64,000 nucleotides of DNA from Tagaea sp. (GTDB taxonomy: Bacteria; Pseudomonadota; Alphaproteobacteria; CACIAM-22H2), in NCBI GenBank assembly GCA_965279565.1, contig OZ257249.1, positions 791,850-855,849 on the forward strand, in the 5' to 3' direction. The position numbers and the translations under genes are program-made. Below, one piece after another: positions 31,011 to 40,440 of this stretch. Each line of letters starts with the position of its first letter. Position 1 is the stretch's first letter. The notes beneath the pieces were generated by a model. The model was not told the DNA's origin. It was given only the letters and a program-made list of their open reading frames with translations, and did no database searches.

Positions 31011-31900
31011 CAGCGCCGCCCCGCCGTTTCGGCCTGTACGCGTGCCAGCCCTTCGGCCGGCGACGTGAATTTGAAATCCGGGAACGCCGCGCACACGCGC
31101 GCCGGATCGAATGCGCGGTAGCCGCCATGCGGCATCGGGCCGGTGCGCGGCCGCGTGCGGATCGCGACACCGGTTCCCGCACACGCGACGACCGTCTCGG
31201 CGATGGCGCGAAAGCTCGTCACGATGCCGGTCGCGGCGTTGAGCACACCTGTACCCGCGCGCAGCACCAGCCGGGCGGCAAGCTCGGCGACGTCGTCGAC
31301 ATGGATATGATCGCGGCGTTCTTCGCCTTCGCCGAACAGCTCGATATCCTTGCCGGCCTGCGCCAGGCGACGGAAGCGGTTGGGGCCATAGCCGTCATGC
31401 GGATCGGCGGCCCCGTAGATCAGCGTCGGGCGCAGGCTGCAGAACGCCTCGCCGGCAACGCCGCGCAACGCGATCTCGCGGAACAGGTGCATGGCGCCGT
31501 GCAGGCTGTCGGGGGCCGTCGGCGACGACTCGTCCAGCAGCGACATGCTGTCGGCATAGATCGCATCAGAGCCGATATTGACGACGTGCGCGACCGGGCG
31601 CAGCGCGAGCGCCGCGACGATCTCCTGCACGAGCCGCGCGTTCTCGGCGAAGTCGGCCATGCTGCGCACCGGCGCGACGGCGGCCGACGCGACGAGTACA
31701 TCATCTGCGCGCAGCAGACCGGCCAGCCGCTTGGCCGCATCGTCGGCCTGCAGGTCGATCTGCATGCGCGCAAGCTTCAGCACCCGCACGCCATATCTTT
31801 CTAGGCGCTGCGCCGCCGCCGCACCGACGAACCCGCCGGCACCCAGCACGACGGCGCGCGACGGGACGACGGGTGCGGCATGGCGAAGCACGAGCGTCAC
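31010..31900 (-). CDS. NAD-dependent epimerase/dehydratase family, atypical catalytic motif
   Basis: GTG overlapping upstream stop; 'LGAGGFVG', 'SDAIY', 'LRPTLIYG', 'RDHIHVDDVA'; 'HGAMH' in place of YxxxK. Confidence 0.78.
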   Translation of the reverse strand: MTLVLRHAAPVVPSRAVVLGAGGFVGAAAAQRLERYGVRVLKLARMQIDLQADDAAKRLAGLLRADDVLVASAAVAPVRSMADFAENARLVQEIVAALALRPVAHVVNIGSDAIYADSMSLLDESSPTAPDSLHGAMHLFREIALRGVAGEAFCSLRPTLIYGAADPHDGYGPNRFRRLAQAGKDIELFGEGEERRDHIHVDDVAELAARLVLRAGTGVLNAATGIVTSFRAIAETVVACAGTGVAIRTRPRTGPMPHGGYRAFDPARVCAAFPDFKFTSPAEGLARVQAETAGRR

Positions 31901-33153
31901 GGTGCGGGCCGTCCGAGCCGGTGATGGAGGAATCCCGCCGCCGCGGCAGCCGCGGCGTCGATCACGCCATAGGGATCGAGCAGCAGCCGGCCGCGCATGC
32001 GTGCGGCAAGTGCGACCGGATCGAGCGTGCGGTAGTGCTGCCACGGCGTCATCACTGCAAGCGCCTCGGCACCGTCGGCGACCGCATAGGGATCGTCGCA
32101 AACGACGGCACCGGCCACGCAGGCCGGATCGGCCGCCGGATCGTGCACGCGCACGCGGTTCACGCCGAGGCGCGCCACCAGCGCAAGCGACGGCGCGTTG
32201 CGCGTGCTCGCGGTGTTTTCCTTGTAGGCGAGCCCGAGGATGCCGACCGTGCCGCGCGCGCGCAGGTCTTCGGGCATCCGGTCATAGACCCAGTCGCGCC
32301 GCCGCCGGCTGTTGGCGCGCCACGCGGCGACGATGCCGGCATCGCTGCCCTTGGCCGCGGCGAGCCCGGCGACGGTTTCCAGATCGCGCTCGAGATTGCC
32401 GCCCGCGATCCCCAGCCCCGGCGAAAGATACGCGTGCGGCCCGATGCGGCGGTCGAGCCGCAGTGCAGGCACGATTTCGTGCCAGTCGGCGCCGATCTTC
32501 TCGGCCAGCTCGCCCAGCGTGTTGGCGACCGAGACCGACGCGACGAGGCAGAAATTGATCGCGATCTTGGCAAGCTCCGCGCTCTCGTAGCGCATCTTCA
32601 GCACCGGGCAGCCGAACGCGGCGAGCAGGGCCGCATAGGCCGGCGGCAGGGGCGCATCGGGATCGGCGGCACCGACGATGAAACGTTCGGGCATTCGCGC
32701 ACGCGCCAGCGCCTCGCCGAACACGAGCGTTTCGACCTGATAGAAAACCCGCGCGGCCGGCAGGCCCAAGGCGCGCGTGAAGCCGGGCGGCACCTGGCAC
32801 AGCACGACGAGGACCGCGTCCGGTGCCAGTGCCGCGAAGGCGCGCAAGGCGAGTGCCCGCACGCCGGCAAGCTCGCTGCGCGCCTGTGCATCCGTCGGCA
32901 CGTCGGGGGCGACATAGACGATTTCGCAGCCGGCGATCGCTGCGCTGTCGGCCGTGAAGATCTGGCGCGATCCGTTCCTGCGCAGCGTCTGGGCAAGCTC
33001 CGGCTCGACGACCGGCAGGTCGCCGGTCTTCAGCCGAGCGACGAGACCGGCATCGGCGTCGTAGCAGACGGTCTCGAACCCCGCCGCGGCGAAGGCCGTC
33101 GCGGTGACGAGGCCAAGATGCGTCATGCCGGCGACGCCGATGCGCGGGCTCAT
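31897..33153 (-). CDS. UDP-glucose/GDP-mannose dehydrogenase-like protein lacking catalytic Cys (LmbL-like)
   Basis: 'LPVVEPEL', 'SAELAK...N', 'DRRIG', 'LGLAYKENT..RNAP'; GGSC motif reads 'AGGNLERD'. Confidence 0.78.
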   Translation of the reverse strand: MSPRIGVAGMTHLGLVTATAFAAAGFETVCYDADAGLVARLKTGDLPVVEPELAQTLRRNGSRQIFTADSAAIAGCEIVYVAPDVPTDAQARSELAGVRALALRAFAALAPDAVLVVLCQVPPGFTRALGLPAARVFYQVETLVFGEALARARMPERFIVGAADPDAPLPPAYAALLAAFGCPVLKMRYESAELAKIAINFCLVASVSVANTLGELAEKIGADWHEIVPALRLDRRIGPHAYLSPGLGIAGGNLERDLETVAGLAAAKGSDAGIVAAWRANSRRRRDWVYDRMPEDLRARGTVGILGLAYKENTASTRNAPSLALVARLGVNRVRVHDPAADPACVAGAVVCDDPYAVADGAEALAVMTPWQHYRTLDPVALAARMRGRLLLDPYGVIDAAAAAAAGFLHHRLGRPAP

Positions 33154-34079
33154 GCGGCGACCTCGGCCGACAGGCGCTTGAGCGTCGCGTGCAGCCAGCG
33201 GTCGTTCGACAGGTCGGCCGGTGCACGCGCCGCGCACAGCGCCTTGAAATGCGCGTACTCGGCATCCCAGGTCGGATCGCCCTCTGGCCAGGTTTTCGTT
33301 TCTTCCGCCGGGCGGCCCGAGGGCAGCACACGCGTGCGAACCGTCAGCGTCGATTGGCCCCACTTGCACAGCGACGCGAGATGCGCCGAACCGAGTTCGG
33401 CGAACACGTCGCAGGTGAAATGGTTGCGCCAGCTCAGCAGCGTCATGTCGAGATCGAAGGTCAGGCCGCCCGCACCGCCACCGGCGAGTTGGACGCGGTC
33501 GGGCGCCTTGTTCTCGAAACGGCTCGCCTGCACGACGCGGAAATCGTCGGGAACCGCGCCGAACCAGAAGCGCAGCGTATCGAGCAGGTGCGAACCCAGG
33601 TCGGGCAGCACGCCGGCACCCGCATCGCGCCATGCGGAATTGCGCACCAGCCGCGCCGTCCCGTTGCCGTAGAAGAGCCGGCAGTGATAGACGCGGCCGA
33701 GACGACCGCTTGCCAGCACGTCGCGCAATGCCACGAAGCCGGGCTCGAAGCGGTGGTTATAGGCCGTGTAGACGACGGCACCGGTCCGGCGCGCGTCAGC
33801 CTCGATCCGGTCGAACGCGGCAACATCGGAGACGACGAACGGCTTCTCGACCAGCACATGCTTGCCGCGCGCGACGAGATTCGCGACCAGTTCCGCCTTC
33901 GGCCCGTCCGGCACGCACAGAAGGGCCGCGTCGTAGGCATCGCCGGGAACCGCGTCGAGGCTTTGCCATGTCGCACCGGCGACGGCCGGATCGACCGTGC
34001 CCACGCAGTCGGCCCCGGCCGCGCGCCGGCGCTTGGCCCCCTGCACGCCCAGCCCGACGACGAGGCAGCGCGGATTCAC
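33150..34079 (-). CDS. Gfo/Idh/MocA oxidoreductase (LmbZ-like)
   Basis: GTG start; 'GLGVQG', 'GKHVLVEKP', 'YNHRFEP', 'YGNGT', 'DLGSHLLD'. Confidence 0.85.
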   Translation of the reverse strand: MNPRCLVVGLGVQGAKRRRAAGADCVGTVDPAVAGATWQSLDAVPGDAYDAALLCVPDGPKAELVANLVARGKHVLVEKPFVVSDVAAFDRIEADARRTGAVVYTAYNHRFEPGFVALRDVLASGRLGRVYHCRLFYGNGTARLVRNSAWRDAGAGVLPDLGSHLLDTLRFWFGAVPDDFRVVQASRFENKAPDRVQLAGGGAGGLTFDLDMTLLSWRNHFTCDVFAELGSAHLASLCKWGQSTLTVRTRVLPSGRPAEETKTWPEGDPTWDAEYAHFKALCAARAPADLSNDRWLHATLKRLSAEVAA

Positions 34080-35629
34080 GTGTAGCTCGCCCGCTTTTCC
34101 GCCGCGTCGATCTTCTCGGCGACATCGGCGGGCGTGACGGGCACGTTGCCGTCGCGCTCGCATTCGCAGGCCGCCGCGAACGTGCCGAGCACGGCCGCGA
34201 TAACCGGCGAGCGCGTGGCGAGAAGTGCGAGCGTGGAATAGGCCAGCAGCGCATCGCCCGCCCCGACCGCGTCGACCAGCCGGTCGACGAAACTGTCGAC
34301 GACGAAGAAGCTGTCGGTCGCGACGTGATCGGGCGAGCGCGCGACGAGGGCGCCCCGGTCGCCGAGCTTCAGGATCAGCAGCTTGCACGCGGCCGCGTCG
34401 TAGACCTGCGAGGCGAGCGGACGCACGCCCGAATCCTGGTCGCCGGTCGCGAAGCGCGCCTCGCGCTCGTTGGGCGTGATCAGGTCGAAGCCGCGGAACT
34501 CGGTGATGTTGCCCCAGCGGCTTGCGACCTGGCTGTCGGCCACGCGCAGCACGCCGGCGGGAATCGAATCGACCATCAGCGGGATCGTGCGCTTGTTGAA
34601 GATGCCGTGGCGGAAATCGCTGAACACCACCGCGTCGCAGCGCGTGTTGCGCAGGGCGGCCGAGAATTTCGCGGCGATGGCGTCGGAGATCGACCGGTTG
34701 TCGAGCGTGTCGATCTTCAGCAGCCGGTAGTTCTCCGCGACGATGGCGTTCTTGCAGGTCGTCGGGCGCGTGGGGTCGACGATGGGGCGGCAATCGATCT
34801 CGGCGCGCGCCATGCCTTCGAGCACGAAATCCTTGAGCGGATCGTCGCCCAGCACCGTGGTGAAGGCGACGTCGGCGCCCGCCGCGCGCAGGTGCTGCGC
34901 CACGATGGCGGCCCCGCCGATATAGTCCTTCCGGCTTTCGTAGCGCACGCTGAGGGTCGGCGTCTTGGTCTGGCCGCCGATCATCGTCGTCTGCGTGTAG
35001 CTGTCGACGATAGTGTCGCCCACCACGTGGACGCGCCGCCCGGCCATCGCCTTCAGCGCGGCGCGCAGATCGTCGAAGCCGAGATTCTCCTTGTGCAACA
35101 GCGACAGCAGCTTCTCGGTGCGCAGCGACGGCGGGGCGACCTCGAGCAGGCGCGAGGACGAATAGACGACGTCGCCGGGCGTGAACAGGATTTCGCCGCC
35201 ATAGGCCTGCACGACGGCGGCCTCCTCGGCCGTCTTCGGCGGCATGCCGCCGGCGACGTACTCGTAGCCCTTGGCGAAGAAATCCGGGCGGATCAGCGCG
35301 ATGTTGTCGAGCGGCTTGTCGTTGGGATCGATCAGCACGTAGTCGACCATCTCGAACGCGGCGAGATTGATCGCGCGCAGATCCTCGGGCACGTGCGGGC
35401 GGTGCGTGCCCTTGGCGATATGGTGGTCGGCCGTCAGCGAGGCGATCAGCAGATCGGCCTTGCTCTTGGCATAGAGCAGGTGGCGCAGGTGCCCGGGATG
35501 CACGACGTCGAACACGCCGTGGCACATGATCACCTTGCGCCGGCGCGGCGGTGCGCCGACCGCCGCGGCGATCTCGGCCGCGGTCTTGATCTTGTGGCCG
35601 AACCGGGCGGCGAGGTCGAAGCCGCTCAT
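34076..35629 (-). CDS. Bifunctional nucleotidyltransferase-PfkB sugar kinase (HldE/RfaE-like, reversed domain order)
   Basis: N-terminal 'HGVFDVVHPGH', 'KG..RP', 'PDFFAKG.EY'; C-terminal 'SDF.HG', 'TPNERE', 'DAVGAGD'. Confidence 0.88.
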   Translation of the reverse strand: MSGFDLAARFGHKIKTAAEIAAAVGAPPRRRKVIMCHGVFDVVHPGHLRHLLYAKSKADLLIASLTADHHIAKGTHRPHVPEDLRAINLAAFEMVDYVLIDPNDKPLDNIALIRPDFFAKGYEYVAGGMPPKTAEEAAVVQAYGGEILFTPGDVVYSSSRLLEVAPPSLRTEKLLSLLHKENLGFDDLRAALKAMAGRRVHVVGDTIVDSYTQTTMIGGQTKTPTLSVRYESRKDYIGGAAIVAQHLRAAGADVAFTTVLGDDPLKDFVLEGMARAEIDCRPIVDPTRPTTCKNAIVAENYRLLKIDTLDNRSISDAIAAKFSAALRNTRCDAVVFSDFRHGIFNKRTIPLMVDSIPAGVLRVADSQVASRWGNITEFRGFDLITPNEREARFATGDQDSGVRPLASQVYDAAACKLLILKLGDRGALVARSPDHVATDSFFVVDSFVDRLVDAVGAGDALLAYSTLALLATRSPVIAAVLGTFAAACECERDGNVPVTPADVAEKIDAAEKRASYT

Positions 35630-36639
35630 GCCTTTGCCCCCGTCTTGCCGAGATAGCGGAACCATGTCTCGGTCGCCTTCGCGATTGAGGCGGGTTCCCA
35701 CAAGGGTGCGTCGCGCCACCGCTCGATGTCGGCCATCATGCGCGCGACCCCTTCCTCGAATCCGGTCGTCGGTTTCCAGCCCAGCAGTCGCGCGATCTTG
35801 GCCGTGTCGGCCCAGGTGCAGTCGGGCTCACCCGGGCGTCGCGGCACGCCGACCGTCGTCCCGCCGATCAGCTCGACCAGCCGGTTGACGCTCTGCGGTG
35901 CGCCCGCGCCTACGTTGAAGCGTTCGCCGGCGATATCGGTGCGCGCGGCGGCAAGGAACGCCCGCGCCACGTCGCCGACATAGACGAAGTCGCGCGTCTG
36001 CGTGCCGTCGCCGACGACCGTGAAAGGCTTGCCCGCCAGCTTCTGGCGGAAGAACACGCCGAACACGGCACCGTAAGCCCCCGTCGTGCGCACGCGCGGC
36101 CCGTAGGCGTTGAAGATGCACACGCTGTTGGCCGGCAGCCCGTAGACCTTGTGCCAGTGGAACACCGCCTGCTCACCCAGATATTTCGACAGCGCGTAGG
36201 GATGCTCGGGTGCGATCGGATGATCCTCGGCCGTCGGGACCGACGCCAGCCCGTAGCAGGACGACGAGGCGGCATAGACGAAACGCGGGGAACCGGCCGC
36301 GCGCGCGCATTCGAGCACGCGCACCGTGCCCTGCACGTTGACGTCCATATATTCGGCCGGCCGCTCGATCGACGGCACGATGTCGCCGCGTCCGGCGAAA
36401 TGGAACACCATCTGCGCGCCCGCAAAGACCGGATCGCCGGGTTCGAGGCCGAGAATGTCGCGCTCGTGGATCGCGACGCGGCCCGTCCCGGCATGGTGCG
36501 CAAGATTGTCGCGATGCCCGGTCGAAAGATCGTCGATCACGGCCACGCGGAAGCCTTCGGCCACCAGCAGGTCCGTCATGTGGCTGCCGATGAAACCGCA
36601 GCCGCCGGTCACGACGGCAAGGGGCAGATCGCCCGTCAT
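35626..36639 (-). CDS. NDP-sugar epimerase (extended SDR, LmbM/GalE-like)
   Basis: 'VTGGCGFIGSH', 'AASSSCYG', 'YALSK', 'FNAYGPR', 'GDGTQTRDFVYV'. Confidence 0.88.
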   Translation of the reverse strand: MTGDLPLAVVTGGCGFIGSHMTDLLVAEGFRVAVIDDLSTGHRDNLAHHAGTGRVAIHERDILGLEPGDPVFAGAQMVFHFAGRGDIVPSIERPAEYMDVNVQGTVRVLECARAAGSPRFVYAASSSCYGLASVPTAEDHPIAPEHPYALSKYLGEQAVFHWHKVYGLPANSVCIFNAYGPRVRTTGAYGAVFGVFFRQKLAGKPFTVVGDGTQTRDFVYVGDVARAFLAAARTDIAGERFNVGAGAPQSVNRLVELIGGTTVGVPRRPGEPDCTWADTAKIARLLGWKPTTGFEEGVARMMADIERWRDAPLWEPASIAKATETWFRYLGKTGAKA

Positions 36640-37646
36640 GCGACGCGCATCCGCTTCAGCACCTTGACGTTCGAATAGCGCTCGTCCGTCAGGCTGTCGG
36701 GCAGCTTGCCCTCGCGGAAAGCGCGGCACAGATCGCGCACCGCGTCCTCGACCGAATGGCGCGGCGTGAAGCCGAGTGCCCGCGCGATCTTCTGCGAACT
36801 GATGTGGTAGGAGCGGATGTCGTCGGTCGGCGTCGTGCCGATCTCGACCGGCGGGCGGCCGGGGAATTCCTCCGCCACCACGCGGCGCACGGCGAGCGCT
36901 ATGTCCGCGATCGACATGTTCTGGTAGCCGGCATTGAAGGTCTGGCCGGCGATGGGCGCCTCGTCGATGTCGAGCAGCAGCTTGTAGAGATCGCACATGT
37001 CCTGGATGTGCAGGTTCGGGCGCAGCTGCGCGCCGCCGAAGACCGTGATCTTCCCGGCATTGACCGCCTGGTTCGTCAGGATGTTGACAGAAAGGTCGAG
37101 GCGCTGGCGCGGGCTGTAGCCGCACAGGGTCGCCGGCCGGATCGTCACGCAGGTGAAATCGGGCGACTGGTGGCGGAAAAGCAGCCCTTCGCACAGGCCC
37201 TTGAACTTGTTGTAGAGCGTCAGCGGAACGAGCGGATGTTCTTCCGTCACGTCCGGCCTGTCGGACACGCCGTAGACCGAGCTCGACGACGCGTAGACGA
37301 AGCGCTGCACGCCCGCGCGTTTCGCGGCGACGACCATCGGCTCGAAGCAGTCGTAGTTGATCGACTGCGACAGCTTCTCGTCGAGCTCGAAGCCGGCGTC
37401 GTTCGAGATGCAGGCGAGATGGATGACGGCATCGATGCCCGCGAACGCCTCGGCGAGACGGCTTGTGTCGCGGATGTCGCCGCGGATCAGCCGCACGTCC
37501 GACCCGTCGGAAAGCTCGCAGCCATAATACATCGTGTCGTAGACGCGCACCTTGTGGCCGCGCGCGACGAGCTGGGGCACGAGCAGCGTGCCGACATAGC
37601 CCGCACCGCCGGTGACGAGGACCTTGGGAAAACGGAGCTGGGTCAT
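36636..37646 (-). CDS. NAD-dependent epimerase/dehydratase (extended SDR)
   Basis: 'VTGGAGYVG', 'HLACISND', 'ASSSSVYG', 'YNKFK', 'GYSPRQRLDL.VN'. Confidence 0.88.
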   Translation of the reverse strand: MTQLRFPKVLVTGGAGYVGTLLVPQLVARGHKVRVYDTMYYGCELSDGSDVRLIRGDIRDTSRLAEAFAGIDAVIHLACISNDAGFELDEKLSQSINYDCFEPMVVAAKRAGVQRFVYASSSSVYGVSDRPDVTEEHPLVPLTLYNKFKGLCEGLLFRHQSPDFTCVTIRPATLCGYSPRQRLDLSVNILTNQAVNAGKITVFGGAQLRPNLHIQDMCDLYKLLLDIDEAPIAGQTFNAGYQNMSIADIALAVRRVVAEEFPGRPPVEIGTTPTDDIRSYHISSQKIARALGFTPRHSVEDAVRDLCRAFREGKLPDSLTDERYSNVKVLKRMRVA

Positions 37647-38389
37647 GAAGCGGCCGGTCGGGCTGGGGTTGCGTCGGTGCGGATCGTGTAGCCGGCCGCC
37701 AGCGCGTCGCGCCGGAACATCTCGACCGTCTCGCGCGAATAGGCGGCAAGATCGCGTCCGATCAGCGGCAGCTTGGCGAGCAGGTCGGACGTGACCGTCA
37801 CGATTGCGCAGCCGATCGCGTCGGCCTGCACGATGTTCAGAAGCTCGCGCGGGCTTGCCCACAGCAGTTCGGCGCGCGGGCGCGCGGCGAGGATCTTCAG
37901 CGCCTCCTGCATCACGGGGACCGGATCGATGCCGGTATCGGCGATGCGCCCCGCGAAGACCGAGACGATGGCCGGCGTTGCGGGTGCGAGCGCTTCGGCG
38001 CAGGCGCGCACCTGTGCGGGCGTCAGCACGGCCGTGACGTTGATCGCGATTCCGTCGGCCGACAGGCGTGCCACGAGCGGGGCCGCACTATTGCCGGCCG
38101 TGTCGGTGACCGGGATCTTGACGTAGACGTTGGCGCCCCACGTCGCGATGGCGCGCGCCTGGCGTTCCATCGTCGGGAAATCGTCGGCGAAAACCTCGAG
38201 CGAGACAGGCCGGTCGGGGATCGCTTCGAGCACACGCCGGCCGAACGCCTCGTAATCCGCCACGCCGGCCTTGCGCATCAGCGTCGGGTTCGTCGTGAAA
38301 CCCTTGATGCGCGGATCGGCGGCCAGACGCAGCATCGCGTCGAGATCGGCACCGTCGGCAAAAACCTTGATCCGGAGGGGCGGATTCAT
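37643..38389 (-). CDS. Short transaldolase (MipB/TalC type; LmbR-like by context)
   Basis: 'FADGAD', 'GFTTNPTLM', 'VYVKIP', 'NVTA', 'SVFAGRIAD', 'LWASPRE'. Confidence 0.9.
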   Translation of the reverse strand: MNPPLRIKVFADGADLDAMLRLAADPRIKGFTTNPTLMRKAGVADYEAFGRRVLEAIPDRPVSLEVFADDFPTMERQARAIATWGANVYVKIPVTDTAGNSAAPLVARLSADGIAINVTAVLTPAQVRACAEALAPATPAIVSVFAGRIADTGIDPVPVMQEALKILAARPRAELLWASPRELLNIVQADAIGCAIVTVTSDLLAKLPLIGRDLAAYSRETVEMFRRDALAAGYTIRTDATPARPAAS

Positions 38390-38400
38390 CGCATGCCCCC

Positions 38401-38946
38401 TCAGGCCGTCGCCGGCTGAAGCGACAGGATCCAGCGCGTCGCGGCCGCGATCCCGTCGGCGCGGAAATCGGGACGTGCGCCGGTCGGCAAATCGTAGCCG
38501 CGGTCGACGAACACGGTCCGGCAGCCGGCAGCCACACCGGCTTCGATGTCGCTCGCCCGGTCGCCGACCATGACGCTGGCGCAAAGATCGAGCCCGAGCC
38601 GTGCTGCCGCGCGCGTCAGCATGCCCGGGCGCGGCTTGCGGCAGTCGCAGCCGGCATCCTGCGCATGCGGGCATGTCTCGATGGCGGCAAGCGGCATCGC
38701 ACGGCGAAGTGCATCGTGCATGGCCTCGACGATGCTTTCGGCAACAAGTCCGTTGGCGATGTCGGGCTGGTTCGTCGCGACGACGACGGCCCAGCCGGCC
38801 GTGTCGAGGGCGCGCACCGCGTCGGCCGCGCCGTCATAGATGCGGAAATCCTCGAGCTTGCGCACGGCGAAGCTGCGCCCGTCGCGGAATTCCGGCACGA
38901 CGAGCACGCCGTCGCGGTCGAGGAAGACGGCGCGCCGGCCTACCAT
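38401..38946 (-). CDS. gmhB: Sugar-bisphosphate phosphatase, HAD-IIIA (GmhB-like)
   Basis: 'FLDRDGV', 'TNQ', 'CPH....CDCRKPRPGM', 'MVGDRASD'. Confidence 0.88.
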   Translation of the reverse strand: MVGRRAVFLDRDGVLVVPEFRDGRSFAVRKLEDFRIYDGAADAVRALDTAGWAVVVATNQPDIANGLVAESIVEAMHDALRRAMPLAAIETCPHAQDAGCDCRKPRPGMLTRAAARLGLDLCASVMVGDRASDIEAGVAAGCRTVFVDRGYDLPTGARPDFRADGIAAATRWILSLQPATA

Positions 38947-39524
38947 TTCGTGGCCGTGCGCTGCAGGGCGGGATGCGAGACCAGGCAGTGCCAGACGACC
39001 GCCTGGAACGCCTCGGCATGCGGGGTGACGCGCGCATCGGCCACTGCCGGGATCGTCACGACGATGTCGCCGCGTTGCGCCGTGTCGCCCTCCGCCCGGC
39101 CGACGATGCCGAACACGGTCGCACCCACCGCCTTCGCCGTGTCGATCGCGCGCACGAGATTGACGCTGACGCCGCGCGCCGCATCCCCACCGCCGACCGA
39201 CAGCACGAGCAACGCGTCGGAAGCCGTAATCCGGCTGACGCGCAGATAGCCGGCGAAGACGGTTTCCCAGCCTTCGTCGTTCGTGCGCGCGGTCAGCTCC
39301 GCGACATTGTCGGTGGGGGCGTAGGCGTCGATCCCGCAGAGCTTGCGGAAATCGTTGACGGCGTGCGCCGCGTTCGCCGCCGAGCCGCCCACGCCGAGCA
39401 CGAAAAGCCGGCCGCCGCGCGCGCGCAGCTCGGCCAGTCCCGTCGCCAGCCGCTCGATCGCGTCGCGGTCGATCCGCTCGCAGATGCGCGCGGCTTCCTC
39501 GAAATAGGTGGCAACGTGCGGCAT
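38940..39524 (-). CDS. gmhA: SIS-domain phosphosugar isomerase (GmhA-like)
   Basis: 'GVGGSAANAAHAVND', 'TARTND.GW', 'SVGGG', 'S.NLV.A', 'HAEAFQ'. Confidence 0.85.
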   Translation of the reverse strand: MPHVATYFEEAARICERIDRDAIERLATGLAELRARGGRLFVLGVGGSAANAAHAVNDFRKLCGIDAYAPTDNVAELTARTNDEGWETVFAGYLRVSRITASDALLVLSVGGGDAARGVSVNLVRAIDTAKAVGATVFGIVGRAEGDTAQRGDIVVTIPAVADARVTPHAEAFQAVVWHCLVSHPALQRTATKW

Positions 39525-39725
39525 GCGTCTGTCCGATGGCGGGGCGCTGCCCGGGAACGGGGCCAAGGGCTTGGCGCGCCTCGATTTCCCTCGCGGAGTC
39601 GCCGCGAATCGCGCCGACATTGCAGCTTCAAGTGTGTACCAAGCGGTGTCAAGCCGAGGCGCGCCGGAACCAATCCTGCTACATTGCCGACTCGACCGAA
39701 TCCGAAGCCCGCAGGAACGCACACG

Positions 39726-40430
39726 ATGTTCGATCTCTATGTCTGGCCGACGCCGAACGCCTACAAGGTCTCGATCCTGCTGGAGGAACTGGGCCTTCCC
39801 TACAACGTCCATCCGGTCGACATCGCCAAGGGCGACCAGTTCAAGCCCGACTTCCTCAAGATCAGCCCCAACAACAAGATGCCCGCCCTGGTCGACAGCG
39901 ATGGGCCGGGCGGCAAGCCCTATGCGGTCTTCGAGTCGGGCGCAATCCTGATGTATCTGTGCGACCGGTCGGGCACCGACGGTGCGCGCTTCCTGCCGAC
40001 CGACATGCGAAAGCGCTACGACGTCATCCAGTGGCTGATGTTCCAGATGGGCGGTGTCGGGCCCATGTTCGGCCAGGCCCACCATTTCCGCCAATACGCG
40101 CCCGAGCCGATCAAGTATGCGGTCGACCGCTACACGAACGAGACGGCGCGACTCTACGGCGTGCTCGACCGTCGCCTCGGCGAGGTGCCCTATCTCGCCG
40201 GCGAATATTCCATCGCCGACATGGCCGTGTTCCCGTGGACGCGCAGCTACGAGCGGCAGGGCCAGAAGCTCGAGGATTTCCCGAACGTGAAGCGCTGGTT
40301 CGACGCGATCAACGCGCGGCCGGCCGTGGTGAAGGGCCTGAAGCTGCTGGAAGACCGCCGGCGCGTCGGCCCGATGGACGACAAGCAGAAGGAAGTCCTG
40401 TTCGGCGCAACCCAGTACGCAAAGCGGTAG
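39726..40430 (+). CDS. Glutathione S-transferase, YfcG/YghU (nu) class
   Basis: 'TPNAYKV', 'ISPNNKMPA', 'FESGAIL', 'WLMFQMGGVGPMFGQ', 'YSIADMA'. Confidence 0.92.
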   Translation: MFDLYVWPTPNAYKVSILLEELGLPYNVHPVDIAKGDQFKPDFLKISPNNKMPALVDSDGPGGKPYAVFESGAILMYLCDRSGTDGARFLPTDMRKRYDVIQWLMFQMGGVGPMFGQAHHFRQYAPEPIKYAVDRYTNETARLYGVLDRRLGEVPYLAGEYSIADMAVFPWTRSYERQGQKLEDFPNVKRWFDAINARPAVVKGLKLLEDRRRVGPMDDKQKEVLFGATQYAKR

Positions 40431-40440
40431 GAGACACCAA

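Noticed and set aside
21061-39524. Complete lincosamide antibiotic cluster
   Set aside because: No amino-acid branch, condensation enzymes, aminotransferase or resistance/export genes; only the sugar-forming logic is shared.
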